Source: Octopus vulgaris | Lineage: Eukaryota | Reading direction: 5' to 3' | NCBI GenBank assembly: GCA_951406725.2 | Contig: OX597836.1 | Location: 16,554,001-16,618,000 of the forward strand | Length of the DNA stretch: 64,000 bases | In this document: piece by piece, positions 42,804 through 54,509 of the stretch | How positions within the stretch are numbered: the stretch's first letter is position 1 | Layout: every line of letters starts with the position of its first letter | Translations under genes and position numbers: made by a program | The notes under the pieces: model-generated | What the model saw: only the letters and a program-made list of their open reading frames with translations | The model's database searches: none | Told to the model about the DNA's origin: nothing

Positions 42804-43080
42804 TGCAAGAGAGGATGGAAGGGGTCAGAGTGGATCTGAGAGGAAAAAATAGTGACAAAGAAGGGTCGGAGTGAGACCCTAAGATATAAAGTGAATAGAA
42901 GTAATTGGGGGGGGGGAGGACATCAGGAAGTTTAGGTGGATAGAGTGAATGAGAGAGTGAGAGATGGTTAGAGATAGGGAATGTATGAGAGAGCGAATAT
43001 TTTGAAGAACAAGCGTTGAAGGACGATAAGTAAGGAAAGATGTGTAAAAAGGGAGTGTCAGTGACTTCTACAAGACAGGG

Positions 43081-43197
43081 ATAACGGCAGCCTGAAGGAG
43101 AAATGAGCCTGGCAAGGTAGAGAGGCTACTGAAGCGAGTGTTGCTGGCCATTCTCTGCGGCAATGCCATCGCAACCATTACCACAGGTCGCAGCTGA
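43081..43197 (+). pseudogene. Possible CRE-clade retrotransposon C-terminal remnant
   Basis: RLLKRVLLAILCGNAIATI resembles the QRLSLAILRGNA motif ending CRE-type ORFs. Confidence 0.4.
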
Positions 43198-43683
43198 ACG
43201 CCTCACTTGTTCTGGGATATGTAGCCCATCGACCCCACTACGTTCCATCTTACTCTGCTTTAACATCCGACCACCACCGCCACCACTTTTATATCTTGTT
43301 TCCTGTTTCTTTGTATCTGTGAACTTTTACTTCGAATAAACAAATTTATCCTTAAGAGAAATTTTAAAAATTACAGGAACGGGGAAAGATTCTCTTAACC
43401 CGGTATAATAGTTGAAGAACTCTGCCAAGGGAGGTCACTTTCTTAAAGGGAGATCACTCTGAGTTTCACCGACAAAAAAAAAAAACCAATGCATTTCAGA
43501 AATTTGCTTCTGGAATGTTCTAAAATTAACAAAGAAGACCATTGAATGATATTAAGTCTGATACAGACATTTATTGACAACCACTGAAGAGAAATCAATG
43601 ATCACTTACCACTGAGAAAGTATTGGTGTCGATACAAGAAATACTAAAAACGATGTTTTGCTTCTCTTGTTCTCCTTAACCAA

Positions 43684-43715
<32 letters not shown>

Positions 43716-43799
43716 CACACACATATATAAACTGATGAGGAGTCGGTGACCTACTGTGTCTGTTTTCCGTTTGTTTGTGCATTTATTATCTATTTTTAC

Positions 43800-43837
<38 letters not shown>

Positions 43838-44896
43838 CAGCCGAAATTGCGAGGATAATTTGGTTCTTGACTGAAGATAGAAAACTTCGAATGACTTGTT
43901 TTCTTTGTATCGTCTATCTGGATGTTATGTTGTCCCCTTTTGTATCACCTAGCTGTCCAGATGTTTTGCGTTCTTGTCCCATTTTGTATTATATATATAT
44001 ATATATATATATAGCTTGACTTGGCTTCATACTCTTGCTTAATGGGACTGGGGTCATCTCGGGTTAGTGGTCCCAGAGGTGTTATCATGTTATCATGCAT
44101 AGAGCTGACCACGTCCATCAGTACTCTCCATCGCTGGTAATCTCATGCCAGCCCCTCTGCAAACTCCAAGGTGACATCGATATATAATATATATATATAT
44201 ACGTTTCGTTTTTGTATTTGGTTTGTATTCTTGATGTGAACTTGTTTGCTGAAATAAATTTTGTTGTATCTTGGTTGGGAGAGTCCTAACGCTAATAAAA
44301 AAACACACACACTGGTTTTATTTCACTTCATTGTTATTTGTCAATTTGTTAACTATCTAACCAATTATCTAATCGATGATGATTGTTTGAATGATCATTC
44401 GGTTGATCAATCAGTTGTCCTTCTGTCACCGTTTGTGACGTCTTGAATGACATGCCCTTTCTACTCCCAGGTCACCTTCAGGCTTCTGTCAAACATAACT
44501 GAATGACTGACTGACAGAATAAGTAAGGAAATAATTAATTAATCAACTGGTTACTTGGTTAACCAACTGACAACTATTAACGAAGTGAAAATGAATCAGT
44601 GCATGTATTTATTATTGGCACAATTACCCTCCCATATACATATATGTAAGCCTGACAGTAGGGTATAACATCAGCGATACAAAACAAAGAGCTGATACAG
44701 TATTTGCAATTGTAAGTGTTATTAGCTTGTGCAATGGTATAGTCTTAGGTGTCAGTGGTAGACTTTACCAGAATGCTATGACATGGTGTTGACGGTCAGA
44801 GATATATAACCATGCCAGCTTCAGTCAGTGATGTGGCTAGTGTAAAGACAAAGAGTCGGTCGGCAGTGATATAAGCTGTGGTATATGGTAATGGTT

Positions 44897-44972
44897 TCAA
44901 TGGTAGAGATCTTCAGCTTCATACTTGAAGTCCTCCATATGTGAACAGATATTGTTATTGATCTGCTGCAAC
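44897..44972 (-). CDS. REX1BD: REX1BD-like, last coding exon
   Basis: Acceptor TTTTCAG; (R)LQQINNNICSHMEDFKYEAEDLYH*; phase matches the preceding exon. Confidence 0.85.
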
Positions 44973-45002
44973 CTGAAAAGAGAATAGTAGCAATGGTCAT
45001 AG

Positions 45003-45555
45003 ATCATCATCATCATCCTCATCATCGTTTAACGTCCGCTTTCCATGCTAGCATGGGTTGGACGATTTTGGCTAAGAGCTGGCGAACCAGAAGGCTGCAC
45101 CAGGCTCCAATCTTGATCTGGCAGAGTTTCTACAGCTGGATGCCCTTCCTAACGCCAACCACTCCGAGAATGTAGTGGGTGCTTTTAACGTGCCACCGGC
45201 ACGGGGGCCAGTCAGGCGATTCTGGCAATGACCCCGTTCGAATCTTTTTACACATGCCACCGGCACAGGTGCCAGTAAGGCGACGTTGGCAATGATCACG
45301 CTTGAATGGTGCCCTTTTATGTGCCACGGCACTGGGGCCAGTCAGGTGATACTGGCAATGACCTCGCTCAAATTTTTTTACACATGCCACCGGCACAGGT
45401 GCCAGTAAGGCGACGTTGGTAACAATCACGCTCGAATGGTGCCCTTTTACGTGCCACCGGCACAGAAGCCAGTTGGCTGCTCTGGCAAGGATCATGCTCG
45501 GATGGTGCTCTTGGCACCCTACTAGCATGGGCAAAAGTGCCAGTAAGGCAACGGA
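45003..45555 (-). mobile_element. RTE 3' UTR with expanded internal repeats, in a REX1BD intron
   Basis: (CAT)n tail and several GTGCCACCGGCAC units. Confidence 0.85.
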
Positions 45556-45612
45556 TAGACTATGTTTTGTTGTTGTTGTTGTTATTATTATTATTATTAT
45601 TATTATTAATAT

Positions 45613-46435
45613 TAAGGTAGCAAGATGGTAGAAGTGAGTAGAATTGTTATCACTGGGCAAAATGCTTAGCAACAGTTCATTCATCTTTACATTCTGAGTT
45701 CAAATTCCACCATGGTTGGCTTTGCATTTCATCCTTTCAGAGTTTATAAAATAAGTACCGGTTGAGTACTAGGGTCAATTTAATTGAGTTATACATTCTC
45801 CGGAATTTGCTGGCCTTGTGCCAAAATTTGGAACCATTATTATTTTTTTTATTATTAAAGTGGCAAGCTGATAGAACCATTAGCACACCAGGCAAAACGT
45901 TCAGTAGTGTTCTGAGTTCAAATTCTGTCATGGTCAGCAAAATAAATACCAGTTGATTACTGGGGTTGATTTAACTTAAGCTCCACTCTGAACTTGCTGG
46001 CCTTGTGCCAAGATTTGAAAACACTGTCAAGGTAACAGAAGGCAAAATCATTATCATGCTGGACAAAATGCTTTGCAGCATTTCTTCTGCTTACCTTTCA
46101 TCCTTTTGGGGTTGATAACATAAGTACCGATTGAACACTGGCATTGATGTACTGGGTTCAATGTAAACAATTATCTCCTTCCCTCATAAGTTGCTGGCCT
46201 TGTGCCGAAATTAGAAATAATTACTTTTATTATTATTATTATTAAGGCGGCAAACTGGCAGAATTGTTAGCATGTCAGACAAACTGCTTAGCAGTATGTT
46301 TTCCAACTCTTTGCACTATGAGTTCAAATCCCAGTAGATCAACATTGCCTTTCATCTCCAGGGGTTCATAAAAAAAAGCACCATTCAAATACAAGGTTCG
46401 ATGTAATTAACTATGATCTTCCCTTTTAAATTTCA
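45613..46435 (+). mobile_element. Head-to-tail cluster of old Nin-type SINEs
   Basis: About 4 decayed copies with GAGTTCAAATTC and TTTCATCCTTT..AAGTACC motifs. Confidence 0.7.
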
Positions 46436-46447
46436 GGCACCTGTTTC

Positions 46448-46865
46448 TTATTTCCTTATTGTCCACAAGGGGCTAAACATGGAGGGGACAAACGAGGACA
46501 GACAAAGGGGTTAAGTCGATTACATCGACCCCAGTGCGTAACTGGTACTTAATTTATCGACCCCAAAAGGATGAAAGGCAAAGTCGACCTTGGCGGAATT
46601 TGAACTCAGAACGTAGCAGCAGACGAAATACCTATTCCTTTACTACCCACAAGGGGCTAAACACAGAGAGGACAAACAAGGACAGACAAACGGATCAAGT
46701 TGATTATATCGACCCCAGTGCGTAACTGGTACTTATTTAATTGAACCCGAAAGGATGAAAGGCAAAGTCGACCTCAGCGGAATTTGAACTCAGAACGTAG
46801 CGGCAGATGAAATACTGCTAAGCATTTTGCCCGGTGTGCTAACGTTTCTGCCAGCTTGCCGCCTT
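46448..46865 (-). mobile_element. Family A SINE dimer
   Basis: Two bodies; flanking GGC(A/C)CCTGTTTCT repeat. Confidence 0.85.
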
Positions 46866-46891
46866 TCTGGCCCCTGTTTCTGTTCACTCAC

Positions 46892-46977
46892 CTCACTTTT
46901 TTCTCTTTAACCTCTTCGTGGTGTTCATCATTAGGAAAGTCCTGCACTTTTTGACGCAATAACTGCAACTGGGCAAC
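46892..46977 (-). CDS. REX1BD: REX1BD-like internal exon
   Basis: CAG|VAQLQLLRQKVQDFPNDEHHEEVKEKKV(R)|GTGAGT; 86 nt, phase 0 to 2. Confidence 0.85.
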
Positions 46978-47595
46978 CTGTGCAACAATTACAAACAAAA
47001 AAACATATATATAAATAAACAAATAAATACACCGGCAGTGCTCCAGCATGGCCACAGCTTTAGGGTTGAAACATAAAGAGGAATAAAAATGAACGATATT
47101 TCATTAATACTTTCAAGACTATACTGCTAATGAAATAAATGTGCTTTAATCAAATTTGAAACTTATGAAGAGGTATTTAGTTAAATAATGTCGTTACTGA
47201 GTCAGTGTCTATAGCACTTATTCAGCGTTACCTGACACCTCTGGGTCTCAACGACACCATTATCTCTTATATATATATATATATAATTATTATTTGAGGG
47301 AATAAACTCCAAAACTTACAAGGAAAAAAATTCAATTTAGCAATACTAAATCAAATTTCACACAACATAATATATATTGACATTTTATTGTTATTTTAAT
47401 TTTAATATTTCTATTATATGTAATTTACGAGATGGTGTAATTTAATTGTTCATTTTGAATTGATAAAAGGTGTTTTTTTTCTAATTTTATATATATATAA
47501 CGGGAAGCTTTATGAAAATAAACAAAAGACGAAGGCAGGTGGAATACAAACAAACAATTGTATTAGTATGGCGCTCAGGAATATAAATAAAACAA

Positions 47596-47634
47596 GTCTT
47601 TACGTTTCGAGCCTACGCTGCTTCAACAGAAAGA
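47596..47634 (-). ncRNA. Degenerate minimal hammerhead-like motif (CUGUUGA)
   Basis: Same family as 25408; GAA ACGT A AAG. Confidence 0.4.
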
Positions 47635-47699
47635 TACACAGAAAAGAAACACGGAGAGAAAAAAAATGCGTGTAGAAGCTAAATTGAGGAGACATACAC

Positions 47700-47747
<48 letters not shown>

Positions 47748-47993
47748 TAGAGAGACAGAGAGAGGGTTTTTCATATAAATTAGTTCATTTCCTTTTTCTA
47801 TTTGGCACTCCAATGTCATATGTTTGAAAAGAGACACAATTTATTCAAATTTCAAAAACGATAAACAAAACTTGTATAAAGGAAGAATAGAGCTACAAAA
47901 AAAAAAAAACACTACACTAGAAAAAATTTTTCCTTTTATACAACGTGTGTGAATTACTTTTTTTTTTTGGCAACAAAAAGATTGTTTACTTAC

Positions 47994-48198
47994 AACTTCT
48001 AGTTTGTCCTTTTCCTGTTGTTGGATGTTATCAATGCAGTCTGCTAGAAGATTCTGTTGATGGATTTCCGCCAAATCCTTCTTCAATACTATAACGTCCT
48101 GTGAAATTTTCTGGAATGTCTCGGTGATCTCATGCACCAGTTGCCTGAACAGGGGAAAGTTGTAGTTGGGCTTGCCTTTCAAGTAACCTTGGAAACCT
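47994..48198 (-). CDS. REX1BD: REX1BD-like internal exon
   Basis: GFQGYLKGKPNYNFPLFRQLVHEITETFQKISQDV..LLADCIDNIQQQEKDKLEV|GTAAGT; resembles the REX1-B domain as recalled (YL..GPDYDF..YR..VH.VT..F..S.EV). Confidence 0.9.
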
Positions 48199-49418
48199 CT
48201 GGTGTGACATAGGTCAAGGTCAAAAAAAGAGAGAGATAGTACAAGGTCAAGGTCACAAGAAAACGCATAATGTTAATTCTTTACAACAGAGGTCAACAGA
48301 GTTCAAACTCCGCTGAGGTTGGCTTTGCCTTTCATCCTTTCAGGGTTGATAAAATAAGTACCAGTTGAATACTGGGGTCGATGTAATTGACTTAACCCCC
48401 TTCCGCTACATTTTAAACCTTGTACCTACAGTAGAAAGGATTATTATTATTATTAAGGTGGCGAGCTGGCAGCATCATTAGCATGTCGGGCAAAGTGCTT
48501 AGCAGAATTTCGTTTTGCTGCTATGTTCTGAGTTCAAACTGGCATTGGCCACGACTACGGTCTCAGTTGGCGTGACAGGTCTACACAAGCACAGTGTATT
48601 GCCAAAGGTCTTGGTCACCTGTCACAGCTTCCATGAAGCCCAACGCTTGAACGGTGCATTTTTCGTGCATGGGTGCCAGTCAGGTTGCACCAAGCTCCAT
48701 CCTGATTTGGCTTGGTTTCTTCAGTTGGATGCCCACCTCAACACCAACCACTTTACAGTGTGCACTGGATGCTTTTAACATGCCACTGTCACGAGCACTT
48801 TTACATGTAACTGGCACAAGTGCCTGTCACGTGGCACCAACATGAGTGCTTATAACACAAGACTCTTGAAGGCCAATCCTCTTTGCTATGGGATGCGGCC
48901 TTAACACTTCAGCTGTGGAGGACAAGTCTTCCTGAGTACAGGTCTTTGGACATGGTTAATAGCTTCGTTCATACAACAGAGGCTGTTACAGACCTACATC
49001 ATTATCATCATTTTACATCTGCATTCGATGCTGGCATGGGTTGGATGGTTTGACAGGGTCTAGTGGGTCAGAGGATCCTGTTCCAATATTTCAATTCTGG
49101 CATGGTTTCAAAAGCTAGTTGCTGTTCCTGACATCAACCACTTTAACCAGTAAATACCGGGTGCTTTTTTGTCATGGAACCAGTACTAGTGAGATCACCG
49201 TGTAGCTCACAAGACTAAGAGACCCCTCAACTAAGAGGGAGTAAAGAGGATTAGAGTGGCTTTGTGTGAGATTATAAGATGATCTAGCAGGAGACAGAGG
49301 ACATGTCCATACCAGAGCATGCAAACAACAGCTATATGAGACCAAAAAAAACAAAAGACGAAGACAGGTGGTGTAAACAACAAACAGATGTATTAGTATA
49401 ATGCTAAGGAAGTGAAAA

Positions 49419-49458
49419 GGTCTTTAACATTTCGAGCCTACGCTCTTCCACAGAAAGG
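49419..49458 (-). ncRNA. Degenerate minimal hammerhead-like motif (CUGUGGA)
   Basis: Same family as 25408; palindrome mutated to ATGT. Confidence 0.35.
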
Positions 49459-49590
49459 AACACAGAAAGAAACAAGGAGAGAAAATAAAGAATGTGTAGT
49501 GGCTAGCGATATATATATATTCTTATATATTTATATATATTCACAGTCTTGGATTTTTTATTTATTCTGTTAATGTTTCTATAGATGCAT

Positions 49591-49970
49591 GTGGAGGCGC
49601 AATGGCCCAGTGGTTAGGGCAGCGGACTTGCGGTCATAGGATCGTGGTTTCGATTCCCAGACCGGGCATTGTGAGTGTTTATTGAGCGAAAACACCTAAA
49701 GCTTCACGAGGCTCCTGCAGGGGATGGTGGTGAACCCTGCTGTACTCTTTCACCACAACTTTCTCTCACTCTTACTTCCTGTTTCTGTTGTACCTGTATT
49801 TCAAAGGGCCGGTCTTGTCACTCTCTGTGTCACGCTGAATATCCCCAAGAACTACGTTAAGGGTGCACGTGTCTGTGGAGTGCTCAGCCACTTACACGTT
49901 AATTTCACGACCAGGCTGTTCCATTGATCGGATCAACCGGAACCCTCGTCGTCGTAACCGACGGAGGGCT
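49591..49970 (+). mobile_element. Family C tRNA-Arg-like SINE, full length
   Basis: TGGCCCAGTGG A box, CTTGCG anticodon-like loop, GTTTCGATTCCC B box; TSD AGATGCATG. Confidence 0.85.
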
Positions 49971-50290
49971 TCCATCCAGATGCATGCTTAATACACGACC
50001 TACGTTAGAGTCCTCATTCGTATCTTTATCGAACCTGGAGCTTAATTATACACCAAGTCAACTTTGGAGGACCAAAAACTTCATGTGAAATGCAGCAGGA
50101 TTTGGGATCACAGAAACAAGTCTATACACGATATGCAACATTGATTTGAATACTGGAAGCACAGCAAGAGAGACAGGGACAAGTTTGCTGTTGTAGGGAC
50201 GACACATGGTTATAGTTGCACAACATTATATAAGGATGGGTAAGGATAAAAAATAAGATTAATATTAACTGATGAATAGAAAATACTCAC

Positions 50291-50371
50291 TCCTCAAATA
50301 ATGCATAGGTCTGTACTCGTTCCTCCTGAAGATGGTAGAATTTCTTCAACAAGTCTTTCGCAGTGGCACAT
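50291..50371 (-). CDS. REX1BD: REX1BD-like exon (most 5' exon identified)
   Basis: TTTCTAG|CATAKDLLKKFYHLQEERVQTYALFE(E)|GTGAGT; conserved F..LQEERV..Y motif; phase 2 joins the next exon. Confidence 0.88.
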
Positions 50372-50654
50372 CTAGAAAGAAGCAATGGAAAGGAATTTGA
50401 TGGATTAAATTCAAAATAAGTTTCTGAACCAGGGGGTGGGGAGGAGGAGGAGGCTGGCTCTTTGTCCTTTTTATTTTCTTTTTAATGGTTTTTAATAGGG
50501 ATCCCAAAGGATGTTGAGAGGAAGAGCAGAAACTACCTCAGCTTGCAACCACGTGAACTCCTCGACAGGTGCACAATGGCATGGTGGTGGTGGTGGTGGT
50601 GGTGGTGGTGGTGGTGGTGGTGGGTGTTATGTCAAACAATGGAGTAAACCTACC

Positions 50655-51074
50655 TATTCCTTTACTACCCACAAGGGGCTACACACAGAAAGGACAAACA
50701 AGGACAGACAAACGGATTAAGTCGATTACATCGACCCCCCCAGTGCGTAACTGGTACTTATTTAATCGACCCCGAAAGGATGAAAGGCAAAGTCGACCTT
50801 GGCAGAATTTGAACTCAGAACGTAGCGGCAGACGAAATACCTATTTGTTTACTACCCACAAGGGGCTAAACATAGAGGAAACAAACAAAGACAGGCAAAG
50901 GGATTAAGTCGATCATATCGACCCCAGTGCGTAACTGGTACTTATTTAATCGACCCTGAAAGGATGAAAGGCAAAGTCGACCTTGGCAGAATCTGAACAC
51001 GGAACGTAGCGGCAGACGAAATACCATTCAGCATTTCGCCCGGCATGCTAACATTTCTGCCAGCTCGCCGCCTT
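50655..51074 (-). mobile_element. Family A SINE dimer with TSD
   Basis: TGGAGTAAACCTACCTAT duplicated at about 50640 and 51075. Confidence 0.9.
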
Positions 51075-51347
51075 GGAGTAAACCTACCTATCACCAAAAA
51101 CAGGAACGGTTCCTACAGCAGTTGCTTTTTAAATATGGAATTCTTCATCCAATAACTGATGACAACCATGAAGAGTGGAGCCTGTTTTATCAGCCAGATA
51201 AACTGAGGCAAGTATTTCATTGCTTGGAAACACACACAACAATACAGTGTCTATAACGAAGTTTAACCCTTAAGCATTCAGATTATTCTGTTAAATGTAG
51301 TCCTTTACTTAATCCTTTTACTGTAGAAATCTGATATATCGGAATTT

Positions 51348-51758
51348 GGATCTTTTCGGTTTGAACGGCAGTTTTTTCTAGCGGTGTCATATAAAATTGT
51401 CACCCATAATTATGACCCTAGAATCGATCTATTGCATTTCAATCTGTTTTAGGGTTAGGGTTAGGGGAAAGGGTATCTTTTTTTCTTCAGAAATGTAAAT
51501 AAACCCAATCTGTTTCTTAAACGAGGGACATTTTCATACGGCACAGAATGTTTTCACCCCAATAGACGTCATTGATTGGTTGAAATTGCAGAAATTGAAG
51601 AAAAAAACCAACAAAAATCTTACAAACTATAGAATTTTCTCAGTAAAGCCAAGAGAAAAAGATGTTTTATAAACACATTCTACCAGTATACGAAGTTTAA
51701 AAGTGTTTAGTTACGTGGAAATTATTTTTAAAAACTGCCGTTCAAACCGAAAAGATCC
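51348..51758. mobile_element. MITE with GGATC TIRs and internal (TTAGGG)3
   Basis: GGATCTTTTCGGTTTGAACGGCAGTTTTT TIR at both ends; no TSD visible. Confidence 0.9.
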
Positions 51759-51949
51759 CTAAGTAGGAACGTCTTTAGATGGACACACCCCTAAATTTAT
51801 TTTATTTTGGTCAGCCCTGGTTGACAATGTCTATGACCAACGGCGTCCCCCAGGAACACATTATCCTGTGCTGTGTATATCTTAAGACAGTCGAGCGTTA
51901 TTTGAGGAAAGATTCCATTGATATTTCCAAAAAATCAAATCGCTGTGTT

Positions 51950-52120
51950 AGGACGCTGACCATTATCGTTGTTGCTTAAGCTCCAAGTAATCTCTGATCT
52001 AGTTAGGCCTCCCAACCTAGTCAAAACGATCCCTTCTCTTTCTTCCGGCCCGAGTTTAATCCCCGACAATATTATCCCAATATGTTCTGGGTAAAATTGT
52101 CGAATCTGTAAGTAAACAGT
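51950..52120. promoter_or_regulatory. Candidate CpG-retaining promoter/5' exon region of REX1BD
   Basis: Unique sequence with CpGs, ETS-like CCGGAAG, minus-strand ATG|GTCAG at about 51961 and a plus-strand GTAAGT at about 52108. Confidence 0.35.
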
Positions 52121-52427
52121 TGTGCATATATACACGTATGTACATATATATGTGCCTGTGTGGAGTATATAGAGAAAGTTGTCGAATATGTACGTAAACA
52201 CCGTGTATGTGTTTGTGTATACATATATAAGAAATCGAATGTGTGTGTATGTGGTGAAGTTGTATCTGTGCGTAAACCAACTCCGGAGCAAAAAAAAACC
52301 CCAGAAGGAACCACAAAGAAACATACTGCATTCTCCCTCTAATTTACAAATAAATCATCACTTTACATAAGTGAACCATTTGAATTAATTAAACGGAGTT
52401 AATTACCCTTTCAAGCTAAATTTTATA

Positions 52428-52609
52428 TGAGGGGGTGCTGAAAAAGTTCCTGGCTTTTATAAAGGTGTCGCGAAAGGCCTGGTTATAGGCCCAACCTGTT
52501 GTAATAAGTGTGTGAATCTGAGAGGGGAATATGTTGAATAAAATCGTAATTAACTGGTCCTTCTGGATTTTCTTTTACCCAAAACCAGGAACTTTTTCAG
52601 CACTCTTCG
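52428..52609. mobile_element. mariner-type MITE
   Basis: TA|TGAGGGGGTGCTGAAAAAGTTCCTGG...CCAGGAACTTTTTCAGCACTCTTCG|TA; related pieces at about 15870-16050 and 17084. Confidence 0.8.
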
Positions 52610-52753
52610 TACACATACAACAGGGTAAACATTAGAACTTTTGTAGATATTACAGGATTCCACATATGTGTAAATAATACTTTTATGAGCCCACAAGAGA
52701 GATCGTGATTAATTACAAAGACTAATTAAACTGACTTAATTGCAGTTTTATAA

Positions 52754-53148
52754 TCTATATATATATATAAAGCTGAAGTTGTCTGTGTATGGTAGGTTTA
52801 GTAGCCTTCAACTAACACTATCTCCTCTGAGACCCTGCGGCGCAAGTTGACCAAAATTGAGAGTATGATAGAAGAAGGCTTGCTCTTCCTTCCATAGAAG
52901 AAAAAATTCAAATCGGACCATGTTAACACCAAAAATTATTTACATCAAAAAGGTGCTTTTTTTCTATGAAAAATCCCTATTTTCCATGATTTTTTAACTA
53001 CTGTGTCGCCAGTTTTCGGTGTATTTCAACCAGAAAACTGTTCACTTAAAGAGAATAACAAGCTACATAATGCAAAATTTTTACTTTTCAAAAATTCCAA
53101 TTCTAAAGGGTTGAAACAAACCCGAACAACGCCGGGTGATACTGCTAG
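52754..53148 (+). mobile_element. Non-autonomous Helitron
   Basis: A|TC start, CCCG..CGGG hairpin, CTAG|T end. Confidence 0.85.
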
Positions 53149-53851
53149 TATATTTTATAAACATTAAAAAAAACACTATACTTTAGAATGTTTATAAACA
53201 TTCTGACAGTCTAACATACGGATTCTATGAGATTCCTTCCAGAGATCTTGTTTACGTACGTATTTGTAAAACCTTATCTATGACCTGAGAGAAAATTTTG
53301 GATAATACAGTCCTAAATTATTGTATGATAGAGGGCTAAAAAGGAGATTTGGACTGGTATTTCTAGCGGATCGAGTCACTGCGTGGAGACTTCCTTGTCA
53401 CCTCGACAGGTCATTCCTTGTACCTACAAGCTAAACTCTAATACGGTGGCATCTAAGCCCTGTTTGAACACACTTATGATCATAGGCATTCCAACCGTGA
53501 CAAACCCACCGTTTTGTTTGTTTGCTTGTTTGTTTATCTTTTTTTGCAATGCAGAATATCTAGTATTAAAGTATGGTTTGAGTGAGATCTGGCTGGTATT
53601 TCTTGCAGATGAGACAACTACGTAAAGATATCTTCTGGTTGTGAAAATAAAATCGATAAAAAGACGATAAATAATTAAAAATAGACGCAAACCTTTCTGG
53701 TGCCATGACAAAAGTCTTTGAGGATGAAAAGTGTTTGGAAACGATAGAATTCACTATTTTTAGCCGCATATTCGCATTTCTAACATTTTCACCTGTTAAT
53801 TACAAAGGTGTTGGTATTATTGTTTTATATTTTCGTATTATAATTACTTTT

Positions 53852-54281
53852 GGATCTTTTCGGTTTGAACGGCAGTTTTTTAAAATAATTTCCACGTAAC
53901 TAAACATTTTTAAACTTCGTATACTGATAGAATGTGTTTATAAAACATATTTTTCTCTTGGCTTTATTGAGAAAATTCTATAGTTTGTAAGATATTTGTT
54001 GGTTTTTTTTCTTCAATTTCTGCAATTTCAACCAATCAATGACGTCTATTGAGGTGAAAACATGCTGTGCCGTATGAAAATGTCCCTCGTTTAAGAAACA
54101 GATTGGGTTTATTTACATTTCCGAAGAAAAAAAGATACCCTTCCCCCCACCCCTAACCCTAACTCTAACCCTAACCCTAAAATAGATTGAAATGCAATAG
54201 ATCGATACTGGGGTCATAATTATGGGTGACAATTTCATATGACACTGCTAGAAAAAACTGCCGTTCAAACCGAAAAGATCC
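53852..54281. mobile_element. Second GGATC-TIR MITE with (CCCTAA)n, inverted relative to 51348
   Basis: Same TIRs; 8-bp TSD TTACTTTT. Confidence 0.92.
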
Positions 54282-54509
54282 TTACTTTTTTGCAAATTCA
54301 AATATACTATCGCAGTGGTTAAATTTACAATACTCTGAAAGGAATAGATTCCACATTTCTCATCAGCTAAAGAGAACCAAATATCAGGACTTGGTCAACA
54401 AACGTGGTCCTGTTGTTCAACCAAGGTCCTGAGCCAGCAGATTGTGAGCAAATGTATTCTAGCCATGACCACCTCTCAACTAAAAAGATATGTGTAACTG
54501 AATAAGGAA

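Noticed and set aside
43610-43643. 34-nt minus-strand exon candidate (TAG...GTAAGT)
   Set aside because: Splice-like signals only; no recognisable coding or partner exon.
43732-43760. CTGATGAGG hammerhead core
   Set aside because: No downstream stem II closure or GAAA.
47841-48182. 113-aa ORF as a standalone gene
   Set aside because: It is the REX1BD exon read through into the intron.
49595-49665. tRNA-Arg gene
   Set aside because: The tRNA-like head runs into a multi-copy SINE body and the acceptor stem is not intact.
51449-51466. Interstitial telomere from a chromosome fusion
   Set aside because: Only 3 repeats, lying inside a TIR element that has a second copy.
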